This document shows positions 20,184 to 30,810 of a stretch of 64,000 nucleotides of DNA, one piece after another. This DNA comes from Dehalococcoidia bacterium (GTDB lineage Bacteria; Chloroflexota; Dehalococcoidia; Bin125). Positions within the stretch are counted from its first letter, which is position 1; each line of letters begins with the position of its first letter. The position numbers were made by a program, and so were the translations under genes. The DNA is taken from contig CAXXSR010000002.1 in the NCBI GenBank assembly GCA_963662615.2, positions 1 to 64,000 on the forward strand. Reading direction: 5' to 3'. The notes under the pieces are model-generated. The model ran no database searches. It worked only from the letters and a program-made list of their open reading frames with translations, and was not told the origin of the DNA.

Positions 20184-21392
20184 TCATTCGGCACTGCCAA
20201 GCACTTCGATGACCAGCTCGTACCAAACAGCGGAGAGATGGCCCTGGGCACCAGCGAATTCCTGCGCCGAAACTGCGGCCTCCCCCATGGCGCGTGCGAC
20301 ATCCGCTTCTCTGACCTCTCCCCGCTGCAGAGCGATACCGATTTCCAGTAGACCTTCTGCCTGGCGGAGTTGCTCAATCTGTGCGGCGTTGACCTCTAGC
20401 TGGAGCTGATGAAGTTCTAGGGCCTCAGGGGGCGGTTCGAGCTCCTGCAATCGACGGTCGACGGCCTCCAGAGTCCCGACCAGCTCCTCCAAGACAGCGG
20501 AGCCTTCTTCAGTGAGCGAGAAGAAAAGCGCCTCTGGGAAGCCAGATTCCAGGAGCACCTCTGCGAGCTCCAGCCGCGCCTCCGTCAGAGCGATGAAGTA
20601 AGCATTGAGGCGGTCGTCGCCGTCCTCACGAAAGGCTCGAATGACCAGGCGCTGCCCCTCTCCGGTCAGCCGGCCGAGATTCTCGATCCGAGCGATGAGC
20701 GGCACTGTGACGCCCTCAGCCTCGACGGCTGCTCCGCCGTCTGCGAACTCGTCGTACGCGGCCAGAAGCGTTGCGTGGTAACCCTCGGCCTCTGCCGGTG
20801 GCGCCACATCACAAAGGGCCTGCAGCGCTTCGCCGAAAAGGCGTGCTAAATCTCGAAACAGGCTCGCGTTTTGCTCGATAAGAGCTTCTGGATTCGCCTC
20901 CGCACCTGGGCGCGCAAAGAGCGCCTGCCCAATTTCGACACTGGTCTCATTCAGCTCCGCTTCGATGCGGAGGGTGATGACCAAGTAGTCCGCCAGAGAC
21001 TGGGCTGGGCTGGATGCGGACGGGCACGGGCCAAGCCCTTCGTCTCTGGCAGCGTCCGTGGACTGTTCCTCGGCACCTCCAGTTGGGGCCGCTTCGCGCT
21101 CCTGCGTCTCCACAGCTGCGGGCTCGCGCCCCCTGGCGCGCTCGCCTGCCGACTCATTCGCCGGCTCGTCTGGGAATGAAGGAGAGACATCCGTCGGGAT
21201 GGCGACGCCCGGCTCCGGGACCCGGTCGGCGAGTTCACCCGCATCGCGATCACCGTCGTCACCGCCGCTGCAAGCGGCGAGGGCGAGCGCTGCGATCGCC
21301 AGGAATGCGATGCGGAACACGGGTGCCAGCGTGGTCTCAATTCGATCCGTTGTCACAGATCGCATGTTCCAACTTTCACGCACACCGGACAA
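20184..21392 (-). CDS. Hypothetical helical lipoprotein (start uncertain)
   Basis: ALALAACSGGDD lipobox; acidic helical body with repeated PPxE...H motifs. Confidence 0.7.
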   Translation of the reverse strand: MSGVRESWNMRSVTTDRIETTLAPVFRIAFLAIAALALAACSGGDDGDRDAGELADRVPEPGVAIPTDVSPSFPDEPANESAGERARGREPAAVETQEREAAPTGGAEEQSTDAARDEGLGPCPSASSPAQSLADYLVITLRIEAELNETSVEIGQALFARPGAEANPEALIEQNASLFRDLARLFGEALQALCDVAPPAEAEGYHATLLAAYDEFADGGAAVEAEGVTVPLIARIENLGRLTGEGQRLVIRAFREDGDDRLNAYFIALTEARLELAEVLLESGFPEALFFSLTEEGSAVLEELVGTLEAVDRRLQELEPPPEALELHQLQLEVNAAQIEQLRQAEGLLEIGIALQRGEVREADVARAMGEAAVSAQEFAGAQGHLSAVWYELVIEVLGSAE

Positions 21393-21693
21393 CCTTCTCA
21401 GGGCCGTTCATTCCTGCCAAACAGCTGGCGGGGTTCGACGGTGGATACCGGATCGAGCACGTGCCAGCAGTGCGGGAAGCCTCTCGCCGCCGCCGCCGTG
21501 CGGCTGGCCGCGCGCCTGTGCACGGACTGCGGTGGCTCTCTCTACGATCGGCTTAGTGCGCGCGCGCGCGCGGAGGGAGTGGTTGCCCCCCGCCGGTTTC
21601 GTTTCGTCCTCCACCTGCGCGATGCTACGATGCGCCGGACGGCGGCGCCCAGCTCACGCCGGCGCGGTCGCATGCTCGGGGGGGGCAGGGGCG

Positions 21694-23241
21694 ATGTCAG
21701 CGGAATACGACGTCATCATTGTGGGTGCAGGATCATCTGGCGGGGTGCTGGCGGCACGGTTGAGCGAGGACCGCCATCGCAGCGTCCTTCTCCTGGAGGC
21801 GGGCCCCGACTACGCCAATCTGGACGAGAGGCCCGACGATCTGGCCAGCAGCTACTGCCATTCGCTGGAAGCGCACGACTGGAACTTCGAAGGCGAGGCG
21901 TTTCCCGGCCGCATGATCCAGTTGCCGCGCGGGAAAGTCGTCGGCGGCTCTTCGTCCGTCAACGGTTGTATGGCCGTGCGGACTGGTCCCGCCGACTACG
22001 ACGAATGGGCGGCGCTGGGCAACCCAGACTGGTCCTGGAAAGACGTCCTCCCCTACTTCCGCCGCCTGGAGGACGACCAAGATGAGGGCGGCGATTACCA
22101 CGGGCAGGGAGGCCCCATCCCTATCGTGCGCTGGAAAGAGCATGAACTCCTCCCCTTGCACAAGGCCTTCATGACCGCGTGCATCGACCATGGCTACGAG
22201 TACGCGCCGGACCACAACCACCCCGACTCAACCGGCGTCAGCCCTATCGCCATGAATCGGAGTGGCCGTGCCCGTATCGACACCGCGGTGGGCTACCTGG
22301 CGCCGGCGCGCCACCGCCTCAACTTGAGCATCCGCGCCGACTGCCTGGTCAATCGTGTGATCTTCGAAGGGGACCGCGCCGTCGGCCTGGAGGTGGAGTG
22401 CGGCGGCGAAATGCAGACCGTCTCTGGTCGGCAGATCGTGCTCTCCGCGGGCGCGATTCAGACGCCGCCCATCCTCTGGCGCTCTGGTGTGGGGCCCCGG
22501 GCGGAGTTGGAGGCGCTGGGCATACCAGTCCTGGTGGATCTGCCGGGCGTTGGCGCCAACCTGATCGATCATCCCGTGGCGGTGATCCGGTGCCTATACA
22601 AGGAAGGGATCGATGCCAAGGCAGAGGATCCGATCGTTCAGGTCACCCTCCGCTACACGTCGGAAGGGAGCGCCCGAACCAACGACATGCAGCTGCTGTC
22701 GCTCACGTATGCCACCTGGTCAGAGGGGCCGGAGTTAAAGGACGCGTATGGCTGGTTACGGCTCTTCGTCATGGGAGTCATCCTTGAGCATGTGCCCAAC
22801 ACACGCGGCGGCGTCCGTCTTCGCAGCGCTGACTGCCATGAGGCGCCGCTTGTCAGCCTCAATTATGGTGACGACCCGGACGACATGCGCCGCTGGCGAG
22901 AGGGCATGCGGCTCGCCTGGGACATCGTCCACTCGCCGGCGATGAGTGAGGTGATGGAGCGGGTGGTGGGGCTGGACGAGGCCACTCTACGCGATGATGC
23001 GGCGCTGGACGAGTACCTCCGCGCCGAGGCCAACACGGGCAACCATCTGAGCTGCACGTGCAAGATGGGTCCGCCGGACGACCCCAGTGCCGTCGTCGAT
23101 CAGCAGGGGCGTGTCCGCGGGCTGCAAAACCTGCGCGTAGTCGACGCCTCCATTATGCCAGCGATTCCCACTGCGAACACCAACCTCCCCTGCATCATGA
23201 TCGGTGAGCGCATTGCCGATTGGATGCGCGCGTCAATTTGA
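21694..23241 (+). CDS. GMC-family FAD oxidoreductase (choline dehydrogenase/MftG-like)
   Basis: YDVIIVGAGSSG, RGKVVGGSSSVNG, HxxxTCKMG, LRVVDASIMP, NTNLP. Confidence 0.93.
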   Translation: MSAEYDVIIVGAGSSGGVLAARLSEDRHRSVLLLEAGPDYANLDERPDDLASSYCHSLEAHDWNFEGEAFPGRMIQLPRGKVVGGSSSVNGCMAVRTGPADYDEWAALGNPDWSWKDVLPYFRRLEDDQDEGGDYHGQGGPIPIVRWKEHELLPLHKAFMTACIDHGYEYAPDHNHPDSTGVSPIAMNRSGRARIDTAVGYLAPARHRLNLSIRADCLVNRVIFEGDRAVGLEVECGGEMQTVSGRQIVLSAGAIQTPPILWRSGVGPRAELEALGIPVLVDLPGVGANLIDHPVAVIRCLYKEGIDAKAEDPIVQVTLRYTSEGSARTNDMQLLSLTYATWSEGPELKDAYGWLRLFVMGVILEHVPNTRGGVRLRSADCHEAPLVSLNYGDDPDDMRRWREGMRLAWDIVHSPAMSEVMERVVGLDEATLRDDAALDEYLRAEANTGNHLSCTCKMGPPDDPSAVVDQQGRVRGLQNLRVVDASIMPAIPTANTNLPCIMIGERIADWMRASI

Positions 23242-23391
23242 GACCAGAGGGGGGATCTTCCCGCGAGAGCGTGAGGACGCTGTCGTCGGACCGGGCGGGG
23301 TCGCGCAGCCAGACGTGTGAACCTCCGCCGCCAGCGGCCGGCAACGACGGCGCTTTGCGGAGAGTTCCCGAGCGCCAAGGCGTATGGTGAA

Positions 23392-23424
23392 CGGAAGGCC
23401 GGTCTTTATCAGACCGGCCTTCCG
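23392..23424. terminator. Hairpin between convergent GMC and SBP genes
   Basis: CGGAAGGCCGGTCT-TTATC-AGACCGGCCTTCCG followed by CTTTCT. Confidence 0.7.
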
Positions 23425-23450
23425 CTTTCTCAGGCAATCGGCGGCCGAGA

Positions 23451-24989
23451 TCAGGGCAGTTCAATCTCCGGTAGCACTGCCGGGAGACCTGTAAACTGCT
23501 CGTACCATCGGCATTCCATATCTGCTTCTGTCTTCCCAACCCCACCGGCGAAACACAGTTCGAATCCGTGCTCCACGATGTGGCGGTTGTCGAAGTAGAT
23601 CTCGCCGTAGGGACCGTCGTAGCGGATGTCCTCGATGTAGTCGACGAGGACCTCCGTATCGTCCACGGTGCCGGTGTTGACCATGGCCTCCGCGAGGACC
23701 TTGACGTACGGGCCCGTCATGAGCGCGTGCCCGACGATCGCCGAGAAGGTGCCGCCGGAGGCCCGGAACCGATCCCAGTACTCTTGGACGCTGGGCAGCC
23801 CCGAATCCCAACAGGCCATCATGCAGGCGAGTACGGCCTTGCTGTCGTACCCATCCGGGAACGCCTCCCAGAAGTCGACAGGGTCGATCGCCATCAGGAA
23901 GTAGGCGGGGGCCGCGTCGATCTCGGCGCCTATCCGAATCTGCTCATACATATCCTGCGCCAGGTACCAGAGGAAGGCGACATCCGCCCCAATGGCCTTC
24001 AACCGCGTCATGATGGGGGCAAAGTCGGTCGTGCCCGGTGGGTACTTGAGGATGGCTATTGGCTCCCGGCCAACCTCTCGCTCCGCCCACGTCCAGAATG
24101 GCGGGACAGAATCGCCGACGGGATCATCCCGGATCAAGAGCACCGAGGTCTTCGCTTCCGGGACGAAGTCGGACACCCCCTGCGCCAAGATCACGTCCCT
24201 GACGATGTCAGTCGGGTGCACCTTGAAGAGGAAACGCTTGTCGCCACCGGGGGCCACGGACTCCGGGGTGAGGTACGTCTGGTGAACCGTCGAACCGGAG
24301 AACATGATGACGCCCTCCTCGTTCGTGTACTCCTGCGTGAGGACGGAGTAGTCGTCCAGCATGGGACCGATGACGTACTTCACGCCGACGTCCCGAACCA
24401 GCTCGATCGCCGCGGGCACCGCCAGATCCTGTTCGGAGCGGATATCCCGTTCGTAGATTTCGAAGGTGTAGAGCGTGTCGCCCACCATGAAGCCGCCACC
24501 GGGCTCGCAGACTTCGCATTCACCCCGGTTGACCTCGTTAACGGCCATATGCACCGCGTCGTGGGTCGGCACGCCCCAGAGGACCGCGAAGCCGCTCAGC
24601 GACCCGATGAGGCCAAGCTTGAGCACCCCCGTCTTCTGGACGGCCTCCGCCACCGTGGCCCGCTCCTCTGCGGCCCGCGCCTCCGCCGCTGCGGCCCGCG
24701 TCTCCGCTTCTGCGGCCGTCGCGCGCGCCGCGGCCGCCTCAGCCTCGGTCTCCGCCTCTGCCACGGCAGCCTGCGCTGCCTCCGCCTCCGCCCGCGCCGC
24801 CGCGGCCTCCGCCTCGGCGGATTCCGCCGCCGCAGTCGCCGCTGCTACCTCCCCTTGGGCCGCTGCCGTTGCCGCCGCCGCCGCCGGCGCCTCATCGTCG
24901 TCGTCCCCGCAGGCCGCCGCCAGCGCGAGGGCCAAGACGACGAAAATGAGGGAGAGTCCGCGCACTCGTCTAAGTCGAAGGTTCATCAT
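23451..24989 (-). CDS. Orphan ABC substrate-binding lipoprotein (LivK-like) with an Ala/Glu-rich linker
   Basis: LAAACGDDD; LKLGLIGSLSGFAVLWG; YPPGTTDFAPIMTRLKA. Confidence 0.87.
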   Translation of the reverse strand: MMNLRLRRVRGLSLIFVVLALALAAACGDDDDEAPAAAAATAAAQGEVAAATAAAESAEAEAAAARAEAEAAQAAVAEAETEAEAAAARATAAEAETRAAAAEARAAEERATVAEAVQKTGVLKLGLIGSLSGFAVLWGVPTHDAVHMAVNEVNRGECEVCEPGGGFMVGDTLYTFEIYERDIRSEQDLAVPAAIELVRDVGVKYVIGPMLDDYSVLTQEYTNEEGVIMFSGSTVHQTYLTPESVAPGGDKRFLFKVHPTDIVRDVILAQGVSDFVPEAKTSVLLIRDDPVGDSVPPFWTWAEREVGREPIAILKYPPGTTDFAPIMTRLKAIGADVAFLWYLAQDMYEQIRIGAEIDAAPAYFLMAIDPVDFWEAFPDGYDSKAVLACMMACWDSGLPSVQEYWDRFRASGGTFSAIVGHALMTGPYVKVLAEAMVNTGTVDDTEVLVDYIEDIRYDGPYGEIYFDNRHIVEHGFELCFAGGVGKTEADMECRWYEQFTGLPAVLPEIELP

Positions 24990-25735
24990 CTCGCTAATTG
25001 CCTTCCTTCACTTGCACGTTCTTCGTGCATCCTCCCTGCCTCCGAGGAGAATCCCCGCTCATGCACTCTCCCTCCCGCGTCGGGCGGTGAGCACACCCTA
25101 ACTCTTGATGCAACCTGCCCATCCGGGGCTCTGCATAGCAGAACGTCGGGCATTTGGCAACAGCCCCGCCTGGCCGCGGAGATGGAGAGGGTGAGGCACC
25201 TGGGTCCATCTCTCTGTTGGACACCACATGAGGGCCATACCTGGCCCCCACCCGTAAAGCGGCACCGAAGGGGGCAACGCCGTACGGTGCCTACCAGACA
25301 GGGAAGGATGGGGGCCCGTTCAGGTGGCTCATTCGACTTCGGCGCGGCAAAGGCGCGGTAGATCCCAGTTGGCCGACGAGCACTGGTCCCTCTTCGACAG
25401 CGTTGATGCCTCTGTACCGCCATATACCCGCACCCGTGCAGGCGAGACGAGTCGCCGCCGCTTGCCGCGACCGCAACCGCTGCGGGTTCGTGCTCATGCT
25501 GGCGCCGCCGAGCCCAGAGCGGGGCGCCGCGTCGCCCGTAAACGTCATCGCCGTCCCCGGAGGCGCGACGGGCTAGGCCTCCCGCGACCGTGTCCGGTCT
25601 CTCGCCGACGGCTTCCCGCCCGGACAGGCCCGGGCCATGCTGACGGTCCCCGCAATCCCCGCCTGAAATTTCGTTTGGGACTACCATCGTAACCCCGCCA
25701 GTCCGGCCGGTTGCGGCGAGGGATGGAGGGGCGAC

Positions 25736-25984
25736 GTGTTGCCCAAGCGCTGGAATTCGCTCATCCAGGGCATGGGTGGCACGGTCGAGGCGGACTACTG
25801 GGCCTACGGCGCCGATGACTTCGTCTCGATCATCGACTTCCCCGACGGTGCTGCGGCCGTCGCGTGCTCGCTGGCCTTGAGCCGCAGCGGGGCAGTTCAG
25901 CTGACGACGACCCCATTGCTCACCGCCGAGGATATGGAAGCGGCCGCCCAGCGGCTGCCCAACTACCGCGCACCTGGCGCCTAG
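25736..25984 (+). pseudogene. GYD-domain protein, N-terminally truncated
   Basis: MGGTVEADYWAYGADDFVSIIDFPD...TTPLLTAED...YRAPG. Confidence 0.65.
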
Positions 25985-26260
25985 CGCCGCAGCAACCGCT
26001 GAGAACCTGGCCCAGGTGCTGGGAGGAGGAGCCCGCACCCAGTCGAGAGCGATGGAGACGGGTCGAGCCACGTACTGAAAAGCGGCGACGGTGAGGGCGA
26101 CGAAGCGCCGTTCCTTCCGCGAATCGGGCCAGTGCAGGACCGGCGCGGTCCCTTTAACCGCGCCCCTGCCCTGGGAAGGCCTGCGGCTCCGCGCGGGCCG
26201 GCGCCAGCATGGCGGTGGCGACGGCCCGGACAGAGCATTGCGAGCCCGTTTTGGCGGTCG

Positions 26261-28003
26261 CTAGCTCGCCGCTCTGCCGTGCCTCAGCAGCGCGCCGGGG
26301 GTGGCGCCGGTGCACTCACCGTTCTCGAACGTCACCTCGCCGTTCACCAGGGTCCAGCGATAGCCGTCGGCTCGCTGCACGCGCCTCCACTCGCCAGCGG
26401 GGACATCGTGAACGATCACGGAATCGTGCTCCGGCACGCATTTGAGATTGTCGAAGTCGTAGACCACGATATCCGCGGCCATGCCCTCGCGGAGATAGCC
26501 GCGGTCTTTGAACCCGCCCGCGTGGGCCGGCAGGGTGCTCAGGCGATAGTGGGCCTCCTCCAGGGTGAGCTTCTGCGTGTCCCGGACCAGCCAGGTGAGG
26601 AAGTCGGTGGTGTACGCGCCGCCGACGAGGAACTTGGTGTGGGCGCTCCCGTCGGAGATGCCCGGCATCGTGTAGGGCGAGAGCATCAGCTCACCGACCT
26701 TGTCGGGGTCGTTACTCGTCATGTCAGATTTGGTCCGGAATTCGGCCGTGAGGTCGCTCCCCACGGCGATGTCCAGGACGACGTCCAGCGCGTCCTTGCC
26801 CTCCTCCTGCGCGATCTCTTCCGCCATGCGCCCCCAGTACTTCTCCAATTCCGGGTGGTCACCAACGGACTGAACGGTCCACTTAGCAATCGGGCCGCCC
26901 AGCACCTCGTACAGCAGGAGATGTTCTTCGGCCCTCATCTGCGCGCGGAGCTCCGGGTCCGCGAGCTTCTGCATCTTTTCGGCATTCGTGCCTGTCGTTG
27001 CTTTCGCCCACGCGGGGCTGGTGTCGAAGAAATTCCAGTCTTCCATGGTCAGGCGTATCGACTGACGGTGGGTGAAGCCTTGACCGAAGAGAGGCAGGCC
27101 GCGGGAATTGCAGTCCTCCAGCCAGCGCATCTGATCGCGGTGAAACTCGGGGGACGTGTCGAAGGCCGCGACGATGTTGTAGAGAATCGGCCGGCCGCTG
27201 ACCCGGGCAAGCTGCTCCACGAAACGGTAGTCAGTGTTGTCCTCAAGGTTGGCGGCAAAGTCACCGGTTTGTTGGGTGATCTGGATGAGCCCCTGATCAC
27301 GCTCGCGCAGGACCTCACCCATGGCCAGCACGTCTTCGTCCGCCATGACGTCCGTGGGCATGGGCGTGCCGTCGTAGTCCGCCTGCTGTGAATTCTCCCC
27401 TAAGCGCTGGATGGACCAGCCGCAGGCGCCGGCGTCCATGCCCTCCCCCAGCAGCCGCTGTATTTCGCGGCGCTCCTTGTCGGTCGCGGGCCTGCTCTTG
27501 GCTGCCTCCAGGCCCATCACCCAGATCATGAGCGGGGAGAGGGGGACGTAGCTGAGGCAGTTCACGCCCTTGGGGATACGCTCCAGCGAATCGAGGAAAT
27601 CCGGGAACGTGACCCAGTCCCAGAGCATTCCCACCTGCATGGTCTTGAGCGGAATCGCCTCGTTGCGCGACATCATCAGCATGGCGCGCTCGCGCTCGTC
27701 CGGCCGGACCGGCGCAAAGCCGAAGCCGCAGTTCCCCATGGCCACCGAGGTCACCCCGTGCCAGCAAGAGATCGAGCACCAGGGGTCCCACTGGATCTGC
27801 GCGTCGTAGTGGGTATGGAGGTCCACGAAGCCCGGCGCCACGATCAGCCCGCCGGCGTCGAGAACCCGATCGGCGTCGCTGGTCCGGATCCCCCCGACCT
27901 GGGCGATGCGCCCGTCCTTAATCCCGATGTCGGCGCGGTAGCGGGGCACCCGGAGACCGTCGACCACCGTGCCGCCCTTGATCAGCGTGTCGAACTCCGC
28001 CAT
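26261..28003 (-). CDS. N-acyl-D-amino-acid deacylase-family amidohydrolase
   Basis: APGFVDLHTHYDAQ, HGVTSVAMGNCG, SDGSAH, DRGYLREGMAADIVVYD. Confidence 0.9.
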   Translation of the reverse strand: MAEFDTLIKGGTVVDGLRVPRYRADIGIKDGRIAQVGGIRTSDADRVLDAGGLIVAPGFVDLHTHYDAQIQWDPWCSISCWHGVTSVAMGNCGFGFAPVRPDERERAMLMMSRNEAIPLKTMQVGMLWDWVTFPDFLDSLERIPKGVNCLSYVPLSPLMIWVMGLEAAKSRPATDKERREIQRLLGEGMDAGACGWSIQRLGENSQQADYDGTPMPTDVMADEDVLAMGEVLRERDQGLIQITQQTGDFAANLEDNTDYRFVEQLARVSGRPILYNIVAAFDTSPEFHRDQMRWLEDCNSRGLPLFGQGFTHRQSIRLTMEDWNFFDTSPAWAKATTGTNAEKMQKLADPELRAQMRAEEHLLLYEVLGGPIAKWTVQSVGDHPELEKYWGRMAEEIAQEEGKDALDVVLDIAVGSDLTAEFRTKSDMTSNDPDKVGELMLSPYTMPGISDGSAHTKFLVGGAYTTDFLTWLVRDTQKLTLEEAHYRLSTLPAHAGGFKDRGYLREGMAADIVVYDFDNLKCVPEHDSVIVHDVPAGEWRRVQRADGYRWTLVNGEVTFENGECTGATPGALLRHGRAAS

Positions 28004-28269
28004 CTCCTACCCCTCCTCCGTGAACGGTTCAGCGGGCTGCCCGGCCAGCGCGCACGCGGCCCAAGTGTCGGTTCGACCAAACCGGTTTGCTGAACTCTCC
28101 ATGTCGCGGTGGTGACCCTCACAAACAACCGCGAGACCGAGCCATGACGGCATGCTGACGATCACCTCCCAGGCTGTCAAGCACAGCGAAAGCCATTGCA
28201 ACGTCGTGGCGCACCGATCGCCGCGTGATGTTTTTCACTTGACGCCGGACAGCGTCGCGTACAGGTCCA

Positions 28270-28322
28270 GGGAGACGGCTCGAACCCGCGACCGCCTGCT
28301 TGGGAAGCAGGGGATCAACCGG
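28270..28322 (-). other. Secondary att-like site without a recombinase: 3' half of tRNA-Gly(CCC) fused to the recombinase-end motif
   Basis: Minus strand CCGGTTGATCC-CCTGC TTCCCAA GCAGG CGGTC GCGGG TTCGAG CCGT CTCCC (anticodon arm, variable loop, T-arm about 2 nt short). Confidence 0.75.
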
Positions 28323-28510
28323 CAGGCAGTAGTTCAATAGTTAGTAGCGGAGATCCCTCCAGTCGCAGCCTCAGCTGGCGCAGCGCTCGGTATTGCAGCG
28401 CCCGCACCGCGTTCTCACTGCGCTGCATCCGTGCCGCGATCTCCCGGTGGGAACGATCGCCGAAAAAGCGCAGGACGATCACCTCTTGCTGCGTGGGCGT
28501 CTCGAGGCCT
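28315..28510 (-). pseudogene. Sigma-70 region 4 (ECF-type HTH) fragment
   Basis: QQEVIVLRFFGDRSHREIAARMQRSENAVRALQYRALRQLR. Confidence 0.75.
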
Positions 28511-28563
28511 TCGTATCCGCTGCTCTGGCCATGGCCGCACTGTAACCATGCCGTATTGGATCT

Positions 28564-28606
28564 CGGCCAGTACTGTTCTGGACGCGACGCAGAACAGTAC
28601 TGGCCG
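28564..28606. repeat. Perfect 17-bp inverted repeat, each arm containing CAGTACTG
   Basis: CGGCCAGTACTGTTCTG-9 nt-CAGAACAGTACTGGCCG; left context TTGGATCT shared with 19882-19889. Confidence 0.8.
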
Positions 28607-28840
28607 CCGTGCAACCGCGCCTTGAATCGATCTCGAGATCGGAAAGGCTCGGCCGGGGGCTGCTCGGCACGAGGGCGGGCGATCGGCCGTCAAGGTCGAA
28701 CGAAGGCGAGGAATGGTTCCTCCGCCGCGCATCAGAGTCAGCGGCCGGCTCCGAGGACTCCTGAAGCCAGGGATGCCGTGAGATCAAGGCGACAGACGGT
28801 CCGCGACCCACCGTCACGGCGTGCATTGGCACTCCGAGCC

Positions 28841-29086
28841 TCAGCCTCGGAGTGCATCCGTGCGGTCGACGACGCGCCGCCAGACCTGTCTCAATCGCTC
28901 CGGAGCTGAGGTGCGGCGCCGGCCAAACGCCTGCGCGAGATGCTCCGCGGTGGTCATGAGCTGGAGCAGCTCCTCGCGGTCGGGATGGTCAGGGGGGATC
29001 TCCCCCTGCCAGTCCACACCCTCAAGCAGTCGGTCCAGGGCCCGATCGAGGATGGCCTCCGGCTCCTCGGGACGCTGCGCTGTCAT
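28841..29086 (-). CDS. Small protein resembling an anti-sigma-factor N-terminal domain
   Basis: ILDRALDRLLEG...HPDREELLQLMTTAEHL...RLRQVWRRV, directly downstream of a sigma-4 ORF. Confidence 0.5.
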   Translation of the reverse strand: MTAQRPEEPEAILDRALDRLLEGVDWQGEIPPDHPDREELLQLMTTAEHLAQAFGRRRTSAPERLRQVWRRVVDRTDALRG

Positions 29087-29161
29087 GGCACCCCTGCGTG
29101 ACGGGATCCGCGCGGTTCGCTTCGGAGTGCCGATGAGGGCAGCGGCAATCCGGCAGCCCGC

Positions 29162-29530
29162 TCAATCCGTCGTCGGTGGCGGCGGCGATGGCGAGTTGAG
29201 GACGGCATGCAACCGCCGGAGCGCTTCCCCCTGGAGGTGACGGAGGGTTGGGCCGTCGCACCCGAGGGCGCGCGCCGTGTCGGCGCTCGACCGCCCCTTA
29301 TGGAGGCGCAGGAACAGCACCTGCTGTTCGACCGCGGGAAGCTGCGCGATGGCGGCGGTGAGCGCAGTCGGCTCGAAGCTCTTGGCGGTCCGCAGCAGGG
29401 GCGGCGTGGCCGCCCGCGAGCGCCTCCGGGGGGCCAGTCTGCGCGCGTAGCGGTGTGCCACTGCGAGACGCAACATCCTGACAGTCATGCGCCATTCCTC
29501 CGACCAGCACAGCCATGCAGATCGTGCCAT
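29162..29530 (-). CDS. Sigma-70 region 4-only protein
   Basis: LTAAIAQLPAVEQQVLFLRLHKGRSSADTARALG...LQGEALRRL. Confidence 0.7.
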   Translation of the reverse strand: MARSAWLCWSEEWRMTVRMLRLAVAHRYARRLAPRRRSRAATPPLLRTAKSFEPTALTAAIAQLPAVEQQVLFLRLHKGRSSADTARALGCDGPTLRHLQGEALRRLHAVLNSPSPPPPTTD

Positions 29531-29757
29531 GCACCATCGCGGAACGCGTCACCAGTTCGCAAGTCCCAGACGAACGTTTCTCCGGAGGTCGAATTGACAT
29601 AGCGGCTGCCGCGTCGGGGCACTGGCGGCGCTGCGGGCGAGCTCCTCGGCACGTTCGTCATCTGAGGAGCCGGTCACCCTGAGCCTGCGCGTCTTCGACG
29701 GGGCAGGTCCAGTTCTGAATCTGGCGATTAAGTAATACGATCATGAACCATTGACGG

Positions 29758-30321
29758 GTGCGCCTTTCCAGAACAGGCACCGTCACGTCGGCGCCTCCGC
29801 GAGGTCTATCGGCATCGGGTTCCAGTGCGAGCATCAGCGAGGGCGAGGGACCGCCCGTGCAATTGACGTGGGACCGTCACCCCTACCGCGTCGGCGACGT
29901 CGATGGCCTCGCCGTCTTCTACTCTTGGGCCAGCAATCAAGAGGCGGTGGTGGGGCGATCGTTCGACCTGATGCCCGATGACGTCGACCGCATGTTGCGT
30001 GACGGCTCCTTTCGCCTGGCCCGCATGGTGGAAGTCGCAGCCGGCCCGACGCCGTTCGTCGGCGAGTTCGAACCGTTCCTCGGCAAGCGGCAGCTCATCG
30101 GATTGGAGCGAGTCCTGGCGACTCGGCCAGAGCCCTCTGTGGGCGCCGGCGCCGTGTGGCGCCGAGTCCTAGCGACGGCGTTCGGGAGCGGGACAGGTCT
30201 CCGCCCGTCCGCCGGCGATGCCACACCCGAGGGTGGGGATCCCACCGACCACCCCCGCCACGGCGCCCGCCGGCGATTCCCAGACGTGAGATGGCGCACG
30301 CGATCGTCGTTGGGGGTGTAG
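29758..30321 (+). CDS. Hypothetical protein (start uncertain)
   Basis: Protein-like central segment PPVQLTWDRHPYRVGDVDGLAVFYSW; no family recognised. Confidence 0.35.
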   Translation: MRLSRTGTVTSAPPRGLSASGSSASISEGEGPPVQLTWDRHPYRVGDVDGLAVFYSWASNQEAVVGRSFDLMPDDVDRMLRDGSFRLARMVEVAAGPTPFVGEFEPFLGKRQLIGLERVLATRPEPSVGAGAVWRRVLATAFGSGTGLRPSAGDATPEGGDPTDHPRHGARRRFPDVRWRTRSSLGV

Positions 30322-30810
30322 CCATGGCGAATGCCGTCCCGAAAGCGTCCGTGCGGCCGCGCAGTCGTCCCCGCAGCGCTCTCCGTGACAATGAGAAGGC
30401 GCTGCTGCACCGCGCTGGCGCGGGAGCCGCGCTCCTCCTCCTTGCCGTCGTTATCGGGCTCGTCTGCGTGCAGCCCCGGGGTGGCGAACGACGCGCCACA
30501 AGGAGTCGAGGCCGTCCGCCCGTTTCCCGACCGCGATCTGTTCTGGAGATGCCCACATGTCCTGCCTCACTCCGAATCGAATCGTCACCCCAGAGGGTGG
30601 TCGCCAAATCGCAGCGCCTCCAGGCGCTCCACCGCCTCCGGCGGACGCTACGCCGGGAGAATGGATGCGCGTGATGCGCCGACGCAGGACCGGCACGGCC
30701 GTCCATGGTGCCCATCCGATCCCGTGATTGCTTGCGGGGCCGCGGCCGGACGAGCGTGCTGATTCGACGAAGATTCCAAGTGGGTTGTGATCCGCAATCA
30801 GCAGGGGGTC

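Noticed and set aside
19967-20212. Cation/proton antiporter fragment (TVLLSVVAHG)
   Set aside because: Only one short motif supports it.
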